A stretch of DNA of 49,093 nt, taken from Dehalococcoidia bacterium (GTDB taxonomy: Bacteria; Chloroflexota; Dehalococcoidia; UBA2979). Shown here in pieces: positions 30,848 to 40,307 of this stretch. Where the stretch lies: assembly GCA_963694535.1 (NCBI GenBank), contig CAVODE010000003.1:1-49093 (forward strand). Direction: 5' to 3'. Position 1 is the first letter of the stretch. Every line of letters starts with the position of its first letter. The notes under the pieces were generated by a model. The model was not told where the DNA came from and did not search any database. It saw only the letters and a program-made list of their open reading frames with translations. Position numbers and translations under genes: made by a program.

Positions 30848-33800
30848 ATGAAGCTTGGTAAATTACTTGTGGCTAATCGAGGTGAGATAGCAGTTCGAAT
30901 TATTCGGGCTGCCTCTGAGCTCGGTATAGAGACGTGCTCGATATATTCTGAAGCAGACATTAATTCAATGCATTGGCGAAGGGCCAATGAGGCATTCTTA
31001 CTTCAAGGCCTGGGTGCTCAGCCGTATTTAGACATAGAGCAAATCGTACAGGTGGCTACTGATGCTGGATGTACCGCGGTACATCCGGGATATGGCTTTC
31101 TTAGCGAAAATCCTGAGTTTGCTATCAAGTGTGAATCCGCTGGGATAAAGTTTGTCGGCCCAGAATCTTCCTCACTAAACGTTTTTGGCGACAAAGTATT
31201 GGCGAGACAAGTCGCGATGCAGCACGGAGTACCTGTTTTACCAGGACTTGACCACCCTGTAACCGTCACTGAAGCAATGGAATTTCTGGGATCTTTGGAA
31301 GAGAATCAGTCAGCGATTCTTAAGGCTGTGCATGGCGGAGGTGGGCGTGGGGTTCGTGTACTTGAAAAGGATAGTGACGTTGAACAGGCGTACCGAGGGG
31401 CACAGACTGAGGCTGAATCATCCTTTGGGAATGCAGATCTCTACATCGAAAGATATCTACCTAATGTTCGTCATATTGAAGTGCAAATAGCCGGTGACTC
31501 AACTGGTGTGATCTCACATTTCTGGGAGCGTGATTGTTCCATACAGAGGCGTCACCAGAAAATTATTGAGATAGCTCCAGCTCCGTTTTTGGATGAGGTC
31601 GTTAGGGATGCGTTACTGGCGGCGGCGGTAACAATCGGAGAGGCCGTAAATTACGAAAATCTAGGCACCGTGGAGTTTTTGGTTTCGACAAACCAGACAG
31701 AATCGAGCGAATTCTTTTTCATTGAGGTAAATCCAAGATTGCAGGTAGAGCACACAGTAACTGAGGAAGTTACAGGTATTGATTTGGTACAGACACAATT
31801 GCGAATTGCTTCAGGTGAGAATCTTGCATCACTTGGTCTTTTACAAGGATCGATTGCGCCAGCCCAAGGTTACGCGATTCAGGCAAGAGTAAATATGGAG
31901 AAAATCAACGAAGACGCCACCGTGGTTCCATCAGCGGGAACACTATCAGTGTTTGCTCCACCTTCAGGTCTTGGTGTACGGACGGATACTTTTGGTTACA
32001 GCGGTTATCAGACTGGTACAAATTTTGATTCACTTCTGGCGAAAGTGATTGGATATTCCAGTTCTCATGAATTTGCTCCTGCGGTCGCACGGGTTGAAAA
32101 TGCGCTGGCCGAGTTTGATATCAAAGGTGTGGATACCAATATATCTTTTTTGAGAGCCATTCTTGGGCATCAATCGTTTCGGAATGGAGAAGTGCACACA
32201 CGTTTTGTTGATTCAGAGGCCGCTGAACTCAACCAGCTTGCCAAAGAAATCGGTGACAGTGTCTTATTGGGTGTTGCCGAGCCGAGCGAACAGGCTGGGG
32301 CAACGATCGATTCCAATGACCCTTTGGCGGTACTGGATTATGGAATACAAGCGATTAGGACTGCAGAGACACAGTCTGCTCCAGAGCTAGGTGGACAATC
32401 AGATGCCCCTGGATCAGTAAGGTCACCTCTGCAGGGTACTGTCGTATCTATTGAAGTGTCGTTTGGCGAGGAAGTACAAGCCGGACAACTACTAGCGGTA
32501 ATGGAATCGATGAAAATGCAGCATGAAATTAAAGCTCATTTAAGTGGTTCGGTCAGTGTTATTAGTGTCAGCTCCGGCGACACTCTTTGGGAGAATCACA
32601 CTTTGATGATCATCGAAGCACACGAAGTCTCGGGGTCTGTTATTGAAGGTGACAATTCAGTCGATTTAGAGTTCATTCGTCCTGATCTCGAGGAAATTTT
32701 GGTACGCCGCGCGGCGACTCTAGATGAGAATCGAGAAGAGGCGGTGTCCAAGCGCCATTCTCGAAATCTGAGGACAGTTCAGGAAAATGTAGAGGATTTG
32801 TTCGATACAGGAACTTTTTTGGAGTACGGACCTCTAGTTCTAGCAAACCAGTTCTCACGTCGTAGCTTGAACGAATTAATTGAAAAGACACCAAGAGACG
32901 GGATGATTACCGGTATGGGGAGCGTGAACGGAGATCTATTTTCTGGTTCTGAAAGTATGGTGGCAACAATTGCATATGATTATATGGTTTTGGCCGGTAC
33001 GCAAGGGAACAGAAATCATCAAAAAACCGATCGAATGATTGAAGTAGCGCGAAACTCACAACTACCCCTGGTTTTGTTTGCGGAAGGCGGCGGTGGTCGA
33101 CCCGGAGATGATGGACTTCAGGCAGCTGGTGGTAGCTCAACATTTGCTTCTTTTTCAACCCTAAGCGGTCTGGTCCCTATGGTTGGAATTACGGCAGGCC
33201 GTTGTTTTGCCGGCAATGCCTCATTACTTGCTTGTTGTGACGTGATTATCGCCACCGAAGGATCGAATATTGGCATGGGGGGGCCGGCAATGATCGAGGG
33301 CGGTGGCCTAGGTATTTTTGCTCCTGAAGATATTGGTCCGATGGAAATACAGATACCCAACGGGGTTGTAGATATATCGGTTAAAGACGAAGCAGAAGCC
33401 GTTCAAGTTGCCAAGAAATACCTGTCTTACTTCCAGGGGTCAGTGGATACATGGGAGGCTCCTGATCAGCGCGAAATGAGACAGATTGTCCCTGAAAATA
33501 GATTGCGAGTCTATAACGTCCGAGACGTGATTAATACATTGTCTGACATTGACTCCATACTTGAGATTCGGCCTGAGTTTGGAATTGGGATTGTCACTGC
33601 GTTGGTCCGTGTGGAAGGCAGGAGCTTGGGCGTAATTGCTAACAATCCTGGTCATTTGGGTGGTGCTATTGACTCGGATGGTGCTGACAAAGCGGCTCGA
33701 TTTATGCAGCTTTGCGATGCGTTTGATCTGCCGTTGCTCACGCTAGTCGACACTCCTGGCATCATGGTTGGGCCTGAGGTCGAAAAGACCGCTTTAGTAC

Positions 33801-34225
33801 GTCACGCTAATCGCCTATTTTTGCATGGTGCCAATATTGAAACGACTTTCATGTCAATTATTTTACGAAAGGCATATGGGCTTGGCGCGATAGCCATGAC
33901 TGGCGGTAATTATCGCCAACCACAGTTCACCGTATCTTGGCCGACGGGGGAGTTTGGCGGAATGGGCCTGGAGGGTTCGGTAAAGCTTGGCTATCGTGAT
34001 GAACTTGCGTCCATTGCAGATCCACGAGAGCGATTAGAAAAATATGAAGCAATGGTGGCTCAGGCATATGAACGTGGTAAAGCTTTGAATACGGGAATGA
34101 ACTTCGGTTTTGATGACACGATCGATCCCGCAGAATCGAGGGCGTGGATTGCGGGAACCCTCAAGGCAGCAAAATCGCCTCCAGTAAGATCCGGGAAAAA
34201 GCGCCCATTTATCGATGCGTGGTAG
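30848..34225 (+). CDS. Single-chain biotin-dependent acyl-CoA carboxylase (BC-BCCP-CT fusion)
   Basis: ANRGEIA, HPGYGFLSE, RDCSIQRRHQK, EVNPRLQVEH, biotinyl ESMKM, AGTQG, EGGGGRPGD and DTPGIMVG motifs. Confidence 0.95.
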   Translation: MKLGKLLVANRGEIAVRIIRAASELGIETCSIYSEADINSMHWRRANEAFLLQGLGAQPYLDIEQIVQVATDAGCTAVHPGYGFLSENPEFAIKCESAGIKFVGPESSSLNVFGDKVLARQVAMQHGVPVLPGLDHPVTVTEAMEFLGSLEENQSAILKAVHGGGGRGVRVLEKDSDVEQAYRGAQTEAESSFGNADLYIERYLPNVRHIEVQIAGDSTGVISHFWERDCSIQRRHQKIIEIAPAPFLDEVVRDALLAAAVTIGEAVNYENLGTVEFLVSTNQTESSEFFFIEVNPRLQVEHTVTEEVTGIDLVQTQLRIASGENLASLGLLQGSIAPAQGYAIQARVNMEKINEDATVVPSAGTLSVFAPPSGLGVRTDTFGYSGYQTGTNFDSLLAKVIGYSSSHEFAPAVARVENALAEFDIKGVDTNISFLRAILGHQSFRNGEVHTRFVDSEAAELNQLAKEIGDSVLLGVAEPSEQAGATIDSNDPLAVLDYGIQAIRTAETQSAPELGGQSDAPGSVRSPLQGTVVSIEVSFGEEVQAGQLLAVMESMKMQHEIKAHLSGSVSVISVSSGDTLWENHTLMIIEAHEVSGSVIEGDNSVDLEFIRPDLEEILVRRAATLDENREEAVSKRHSRNLRTVQENVEDLFDTGTFLEYGPLVLANQFSRRSLNELIEKTPRDGMITGMGSVNGDLFSGSESMVATIAYDYMVLAGTQGNRNHQKTDRMIEVARNSQLPLVLFAEGGGGRPGDDGLQAAGGSSTFASFSTLSGLVPMVGITAGRCFAGNASLLACCDVIIATEGSNIGMGGPAMIEGGGLGIFAPEDIGPMEIQIPNGVVDISVKDEAEAVQVAKKYLSYFQGSVDTWEAPDQREMRQIVPENRLRVYNVRDVINTLSDIDSILEIRPEFGIGIVTALVRVEGRSLGVIANNPGHLGGAIDSDGADKAARFMQLCDAFDLPLLTLVDTPGIMVGPEVEKTALVRHANRLFLHGANIETTFMSIILRKAYGLGAIAMTGGNYRQPQFTVSWPTGEFGGMGLEGSVKLGYRDELASIADPRERLEKYEAMVAQAYERGKALNTGMNFGFDDTIDPAESRAWIAGTLKAAKSPPVRSGKKRPFIDAW

Positions 34226-34233
34226 GAAGAAAG

Positions 34234-34893
34234 TCAGCGAATCCTTAAATCCAAAGGCGATGCAGTTTTTTGCTTTAAGGCAGAAACAAGATCGGCGATC
34301 GTTTTGATCTCGGTTGGGAATATGGTTGCCGCTCTTCCGACCGCCTGAACTGAATGAGCATCTGACCCCCCAACAGCAGCTACACCTAATTCTTCAGCTA
34401 GTCTCACATAGTAGCCATCATCACTGTCAGAATGATCGCCGTTGACTGCTTCGATCCCAGCGAACCAATTTTGTATTTCTTCACTAGAGGGCCTGCGTAG
34501 AGTTCCTGTTGACCGCATGGGATGTGCGACGATCAAAGCGGCACCTTCTTCTTCGGCACTCTTAATTAAGTGATCTATCATTAATAATTGGGGACGATAT
34601 CGAGAGAAACCGTAGGCAAGAACATGGCCGAAGTTAGTTCCTAACTCGATAGCCGGAAGGACATTGATCTGGAAAATGTCACTGAGCCGCTTTGTATCTT
34701 CCTCAGGCCAGAGCGCATTGTGTTCGGTCAGGCAAATTCCATCGAGTCCTCGCGCAGCTGCTTGGCCCACGAGTTTCTCGACGCTCACTCCACTATCGAG
34801 TGATTTGTCTGAGCTGTGTGCATGCATCTCGAAGATAGAACCACCTTCAGGCCGATACTGTCTTGGGGATTTCAGTTGGATATCTGTGCTCAC
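34234..34893 (-). CDS. PHP-domain metallophosphoesterase
   Basis: EMHAHS..S.DS, LTEHN, GHVL, AHP and GGSDAH motifs. Confidence 0.92.
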   Translation of the reverse strand: MSTDIQLKSPRQYRPEGGSIFEMHAHSSDKSLDSGVSVEKLVGQAAARGLDGICLTEHNALWPEEDTKRLSDIFQINVLPAIELGTNFGHVLAYGFSRYRPQLLMIDHLIKSAEEEGAALIVAHPMRSTGTLRRPSSEEIQNWFAGIEAVNGDHSDSDDGYYVRLAEELGVAAVGGSDAHSVQAVGRAATIFPTEIKTIADLVSALKQKTASPLDLRIR

Positions 34894-34939
34894 GGAAAAT
34901 TAGTGCCTCATAGCTTAGCTACTTGTGAATCATTGAATT

Positions 34940-35911
34940 CTAACGCAGAAGCTCAATGAGTTCAGGCAATACAGCTAGGCAATCATCGATGATACCTATA
35001 TCGGCATATTTGAAAATAGGAGCATCTGGATCGGAATTAATTGCGACAATCAGCCGAGCGTTGGAGCATCCAGCCATGTGTTGACTAGCTCCCGAAATAC
35101 CTGCTGCAATATAGAGCGCAGGAGCAACGGTGGTGCCGGTCAGTCCAATTTGTTCTGTGGGTGGCGCCCAATATTCATCAACGATCGCTCGAGATGCTCC
35201 AGGCATTCCCTTTATTAGGGTCGCCAATTCTCTCACGAGCCCAAAATTTTCAGCATTTTGTAATCCTCGACCACCAGACACAACTATCTCAGCATTTTCA
35301 AGACGAGGTCCTTCATCAGCTGTTGCCTCAGTGATAACTCGCACCCTGTCAGCCGAGAGTTCAAGATTGAGTTCTACTATATCCGAGGAGTTTTCTGGGT
35401 AAGGCGTCGGGGCTTCAGCAGCAGCTGGTCGCAGACCAACGACTACAGGCGAAGTAGAATCGACTTGGTAGAGTGCTCTGGCAGCACCTCCATACACAGC
35501 CGCCTCAATTTCGGTATGCTGCTCATTTACTGTTTGAATCCCTGTCACGTTCATTACACAGGTACCGTCTATCCGTCTCGACAATCTGGGGATAAATTCA
35601 AGCGTTGACGGGTGTCTGCCGATGAGCACTATGTGTGCCCCTGAGGCGGAAACAATGTGAGCAGCAGCGGAAACCATATTGTCTCCTGAAAACCGATCCA
35701 GCAGCGGATCTTCGATCGTGTAGACCTTTGTCGCACCAAGCGCAGTAACTTCTGCGATTGCGGACGAGTTATCTGCACCGATGAGCCCGCATTCCACAGG
35801 GCGTCCGGTATTTTCTGATAGATTCTGAGCGAAACCTAAGGCTTCACGAGCCCCTATATTAATTTGTGACGTCTCATCAATATGTGCCAGCACAAGAATG
35901 GGATCAGGCAT
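34940..35911 (-). CDS. etfA: Electron transfer flavoprotein alpha subunit
   Basis: VVSGGRGL, GASRAIVD, QIGLTG, LYIAAGISGASQH and INSDPDAPIF motifs. Confidence 0.96.
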   Translation of the reverse strand: MPDPILVLAHIDETSQINIGAREALGFAQNLSENTGRPVECGLIGADNSSAIAEVTALGATKVYTIEDPLLDRFSGDNMVSAAAHIVSASGAHIVLIGRHPSTLEFIPRLSRRIDGTCVMNVTGIQTVNEQHTEIEAAVYGGAARALYQVDSTSPVVVGLRPAAAEAPTPYPENSSDIVELNLELSADRVRVITEATADEGPRLENAEIVVSGGRGLQNAENFGLVRELATLIKGMPGASRAIVDEYWAPPTEQIGLTGTTVAPALYIAAGISGASQHMAGCSNARLIVAINSDPDAPIFKYADIGIIDDCLAVLPELIELLR

Positions 35912-36719
35912 TCAGGGCACCTCGTTCTCTAAGAATCTGCAGTAAATGTATTGCCTTTTCCTTCGGATCAACACCTTCAATTATTTCGCAGTCTCCCTGC
36001 ACTTCTGGGACCGTTAAGAGTTTGATGCTCATTTTTTCAATGGCTGGACCTGACAGCAGTTCGTCGGCTTGAAAAACGGTAGGGGGGTTACGACGGGACT
36101 GAATCATGCGCCGGCTACTCGGATACCGTGGTTGTCCGATCTCATTGCTAACAGCCACTACCGCTGGCAGATTGCATGCCAGTGTTTCCGGCCCGTTTGG
36201 AGTCACAACGTTAACATGCAATGATTGTGTTTGTTCGTCAAAACTTACCTGAGATGCCATGGTGATGAACGGCATTCCGAGATCCTCGGACAAGATTGCC
36301 GGGACGGCGCCTTGGTCGTAATCAGAACCCTGACGACCACATAAAATGAGATCGACATCTCCTAGATTTTTGGCCACGGTGGCAAGTATCTGAGAAATCC
36401 GGAACGGATTACCGGATTGCTTTTCGTCATCATGCACGTGAATGGTGTTTTCAGCTCCCATTGCGTAGCATCGCTTTAGTACATCAGGGGCCGTATCTGA
36501 GCCAACCGTGACTGCTGTCACGCGTGTACCCACTTGAGCCTCGGCAATCTGTAGGGCAGCCTCCATAGCCTGTTCGTCGTAGGCATTAATAATATGTGGC
36601 ACGGTCGCTCCGGTATTAAACCCTCGCCCATCCTCGCTAACTTCTAAGCGTCCCCATAACGCATAACTGTTAATACCGTCTGGATCCAACACTTGTTTTG
36701 CTGCCACAAGAATATGCAT
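35904..36719 (-). CDS. etfB: Electron transfer flavoprotein beta subunit
   Basis: KQVLDP, NAYDEQAMEAALQ, CGRQGSDYD and PRYP motifs. 8-bp overlap with etfA. Confidence 0.95.
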   Translation of the reverse strand: MHILVAAKQVLDPDGINSYALWGRLEVSEDGRGFNTGATVPHIINAYDEQAMEAALQIAEAQVGTRVTAVTVGSDTAPDVLKRCYAMGAENTIHVHDDEKQSGNPFRISQILATVAKNLGDVDLILCGRQGSDYDQGAVPAILSEDLGMPFITMASQVSFDEQTQSLHVNVVTPNGPETLACNLPAVVAVSNEIGQPRYPSSRRMIQSRRNPPTVFQADELLSGPAIEKMSIKLLTVPEVQGDCEIIEGVDPKEKAIHLLQILRERGALNA

Positions 36720-36743
36720 AGTGCCCCTTATACCTCCAGAGAT

Positions 36744-37025
36744 TTAGTCGAGAGAATAGACGTAGGATTCCTCACACCAAACGAATTCATCCTCAAAATC
36801 ATCTGGCTTGACCGACAACTGACCTATTTCTAACCAGTACCAAGGAGGATCTCCCTGAACAATTTTGCGCCCAGTTAAAACTCCTTCGAATTCAGCACGT
36901 GACGCAAAATTGGTGTTTCCAACTTGGGTGCCACCATCCGCTTCAACCCGTCTACCAACGAGTTCGGAATCGAGCGTGATCTCCATCGATCCCTCGGACT
37001 GCCCCGATTCTATCTTTTCGCTCAT
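36744..37025 (-). CDS. Small acidic hypothetical protein
   Basis: 93-aa ORF tightly packed in the minus-strand operon. Confidence 0.7.
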   Translation of the reverse strand: MSEKIESGQSEGSMEITLDSELVGRRVEADGGTQVGNTNFASRAEFEGVLTGRKIVQGDPPWYWLEIGQLSVKPDDFEDEFVWCEESYVYSLD

Positions 37026-37045
37026 GAAAAGTGTTCAGGTCAGAC

Positions 37046-38164
37046 TTAAGCTGTCGCTGATGCTTCAGTAGCACGCTCGAAGAGTTCAAGCGCTTCGTCG
37101 GCCATCTCATATACGACCTCAGCTGCTGGTTTGATTGCATCAATGCCAACGATTGCCTGACCTGCTGGTGTAGTCATCCAATCTTCGAGATTTGCTTCCT
37201 TAATGTCGCGGAGCACATCGTTCACGAGCATACCTTGAAGCGGCATAGGGAGAGTATCGGGTGCCCCGTCCTCTTTCCAAATATCAGACCATCTTGATCG
37301 AAGCTGTCGTATTGGCTTTCCGGACATGGCACGTGACTGTACGGCGTCCTCCACTTTGGAGTCTATTATTCGTTGTTTTAGGAACATGGCGGTTTCTGAT
37401 TCATGAGTAGCGAGCCAGATAGTACCGGTCCAAACCCCCGCCGATCCCATTGCAATCGAGGCTGCGAGATGTTTACCACTCGATACTCCGCCTGCAGCTA
37501 GAACGAGCGTATCCGTACCTTCGGCCATTTTTACAATTTCGGGCACCAGCGTAAAAGTGCCTACCGTTCCACTATGTCCGCCAGAGTCATAGCCCTGAGC
37601 TACCACAACATCGACGCCTGCTTCGATTTGTCTACGGGCTTGTCGTGGAAGTCCCACGAGTCCCCAGACTTTCATACCCTCTTGATGGGCCCGTTCGATA
37701 ATGAATGCGGGGCTGCCTAGGCCGGACGCGAATATAGGTACTTTTTCCTCAAATAACACATCAAGCTGCTGACGGGATCGCTCCAAAAGATTTTCATAAC
37801 CAGAGTAGGTCGGGTCAATATCACTTGGTGGCGGAGAATCAGGAGCACCTGAAACAGACTTAACGTGCTGCACAAATGTTCGATGTTCGTCCGGGATCAT
37901 TTCGTCCAGATCTTCACGATTTCCCTCAACAAATGAGGCAGGGACTAGCAAATCAACACCAAACGGCTTATCACCAATTTTGTCCCGAATCCAGCGAATA
38001 TCTGACCGTAGTTCATCCGGTTTAAGTCCGGTCGCCCCAAGTATTCCAATCCCACCTGCATTCGAAACGGCGGCAATTACGTCTTTAGTATGAGCGAATG
38101 CAACAACCGGAATTTCACATCCATATTCTTCGCAAAGCTTTGTGTTTAGTGGGTTTCCATCCAT
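37046..38164 (-). CDS. Nitronate monooxygenase / FabK-like FMN oxidoreductase
   Basis: AAVSNAGGIGILG, AQGYDSGGH, LAAGGV and GVWTGT motifs. Confidence 0.9.
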   Translation of the reverse strand: MDGNPLNTKLCEEYGCEIPVVAFAHTKDVIAAVSNAGGIGILGATGLKPDELRSDIRWIRDKIGDKPFGVDLLVPASFVEGNREDLDEMIPDEHRTFVQHVKSVSGAPDSPPPSDIDPTYSGYENLLERSRQQLDVLFEEKVPIFASGLGSPAFIIERAHQEGMKVWGLVGLPRQARRQIEAGVDVVVAQGYDSGGHSGTVGTFTLVPEIVKMAEGTDTLVLAAGGVSSGKHLAASIAMGSAGVWTGTIWLATHESETAMFLKQRIIDSKVEDAVQSRAMSGKPIRQLRSRWSDIWKEDGAPDTLPMPLQGMLVNDVLRDIKEANLEDWMTTPAGQAIVGIDAIKPAAEVVYEMADEALELFERATEASATA

Positions 38165-38204
38165 TTCGGTGACTCCTTATTAGTTTTTTTAACTTCTGTT
38201 ATTT

Positions 38205-39011
38205 TTACACCAGTACTGCTGGCGTCAGGGTAAATTCTTCAATCATTTCATCGGCATATGCTATTCGACCTGACAGCTCGCCGCCTTCATCATGTACTAG
38301 CCTGAGGCATGCTTCTGCCATGTTTTCAACTGGGACTACTCGATCTTTATTTGATTCATTCACCAATCCATGGTGCACAACTCCAGGAGTCGCGACGAGA
38401 CCTGGAGAGATTGCATTTACCCTGATATTTTGATCGGCAACTTCAGATGCAAGACCGGTAGACAGTCTCTCAAGTGCTGCTTTGCACATTCCGTACACAG
38501 TGCCGCCGGATGCGGGCCCGCCAACTTCTGGATGTAGAGCTGCGTGGGACGAAATATTAAGTATCCAACCACTTCCTGTTTCACGCATACTTTCCATAGC
38601 GAGTTGAGCCAGATGCAGTGGCCCGTGGACTTGCACCTCGAACATAAGTTTTTGACGTTTTTCCGGAAATTCTGCGATAGGGATGAAGTAAGTTACCGCT
38701 GCATTATTCACTACGATATCAACGCTTCCAAAAAGCGCCTTAGTGGTCTCAATAAGCTGAACTCGATCTTCCGCCAGTGCCATATCGCATCTAACTGCGG
38801 CTGCTTCACCACCTGCATCATTAATCCGTTTCACGACGGAATTCATGCTCCCCGCTAAGATATGATCTCCATCATCAACGGTTCGTGCTGAGACGACCAC
38901 TTTGGCGCCTTCCATCGCATATCGAATAGCGATTGCTTCTCCAATACCACGTGATGCTCCAGTGATAATTGCGACTTTGCCGGCTAATAATCCATTTTTG
39001 TTAATTGACAT
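38205..39011 (-). CDS. Short-chain dehydrogenase/reductase
   Basis: TGASRGIG, VNNAA, NISS and YGMCK motifs. Confidence 0.92.
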   Translation of the reverse strand: MSINKNGLLAGKVAIITGASRGIGEAIAIRYAMEGAKVVVSARTVDDGDHILAGSMNSVVKRINDAGGEAAAVRCDMALAEDRVQLIETTKALFGSVDIVVNNAAVTYFIPIAEFPEKRQKLMFEVQVHGPLHLAQLAMESMRETGSGWILNISSHAALHPEVGGPASGGTVYGMCKAALERLSTGLASEVADQNIRVNAISPGLVATPGVVHHGLVNESNKDRVVPVENMAEACLRLVHDEGGELSGRIAYADEMIEEFTLTPAVLV

Positions 39012-39059
39012 CTATACCCCCGTATTTCTGTTTGCTCAGCTTAGCGCATTTCTGCTAAA

Positions 39060-40307
39060 TCAGATGATTCCATTACTTCGAAACTTTATTACTTTTTCCT
39101 CTTCATACCCTAGTAGATCGATCAATATCTCATCGTTATCAGCGCCGGTACTTGGTGTGGGGCCACTGATTTCACCCTGCCCTTTTTCGAGTTTCCATAT
39201 CACTCCGCGGTAGACCGAATCAAGAGAGAAATTGTTGTCGGTCACGGTGAGACTACTTCGGTGAAGGCTGTTGAGATTCTCATCGTTAACTAGGTCCAGC
39301 GCCCCCATGACTGGGTATGCTGGAATTTTGGACTGTTGGAGAATTTTTGTCAGTTGCATTGCTGTGTAATTCTTAGTCCATGATTCAACAGTCTCGTCTA
39401 ATTCATCTTGATTATCGAGTCGGCCCTGTAATGTTTCAAACTTAGAGTTTGTAATATTCTTTGATTTTTGTGCTGCTAGATCTTTAAATACTTCCCATTC
39501 CTCTTGATTTCGAACTGAGATTGACACCCATTCATCGAGTCCTGATGTTTTGTAGTAACCGTGTGGTGCTGTCGCTGGATATCTGTTGCCTTGAGGACCA
39601 GCAACTCGGCCGTTTAAAAAGTAATCCATGAGTGGTTCAGCTATTCGTTGAATACAAGCTTCTCCCTGAGCTAGGTCAATATGTTGGCCGCGTCCGGTCG
39701 CGTCGCGATATTCAAGCGCCGCAAGTATTGCAAAAAACGCATGACCTGCCGCCGTCGGATCCAAATCTGCTTGGTCTTCTTGAGGATGGTCAGAATCGTG
39801 GTACCCAAGAACACTTTTTATTCCATAGAGAGCAGCCAGAGAGGGACCATAGGTAACGAGATCTCTCCAAGGGCCATCGGTTGCCCCTGTAGCCGAGAGT
39901 GAGGCCAGTATTATCTTTGGGTTAACCTTTGTAAGAACGTCAAAGCCGAGACCTAACGAAGGCATTACGCGGGCTGAAAAGTTTTCGACTACTACGTCGC
40001 TGACTGCGATGAGCTTCTTATATATTTCTTTACCATCTTTTGTTTGCAGATCCAGGCTTAAGCTTTTCTTACCTCGATCAAATGCGTGATATGCCATCGG
40101 ATCAGAGATATCAACTGCATCTCGAGTTGCTGTACCAACCATTCCTTTGCCTGCCATGGATACTCCCGATCCACCCGTAGGAGATTGTATTTTTATGACT
40201 TCCGCGCCCATGTCCTTAAAGCTCATTCCAAGAAGGGGTCCAGCCCAGACATGGCCGTGATCTATTACTCGTATTCCGCTGAGTGGACCGTCAGTTGTTG
40301 TAGTCAT
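39060..40307 (-). CDS. Family III CoA-transferase (CaiB/BaiF)
   Basis: GPLSGIRVID...VWAGP, MGAEVIKI, DRGKKS, VVENFS and LDPTAAG motifs. Confidence 0.93.
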   Translation of the reverse strand: MTTTTDGPLSGIRVIDHGHVWAGPLLGMSFKDMGAEVIKIQSPTGGSGVSMAGKGMVGTATRDAVDISDPMAYHAFDRGKKSLSLDLQTKDGKEIYKKLIAVSDVVVENFSARVMPSLGLGFDVLTKVNPKIILASLSATGATDGPWRDLVTYGPSLAALYGIKSVLGYHDSDHPQEDQADLDPTAAGHAFFAILAALEYRDATGRGQHIDLAQGEACIQRIAEPLMDYFLNGRVAGPQGNRYPATAPHGYYKTSGLDEWVSISVRNQEEWEVFKDLAAQKSKNITNSKFETLQGRLDNQDELDETVESWTKNYTAMQLTKILQQSKIPAYPVMGALDLVNDENLNSLHRSSLTVTDNNFSLDSVYRGVIWKLEKGQGEISGPTPSTGADNDEILIDLLGYEEEKVIKFRSNGII

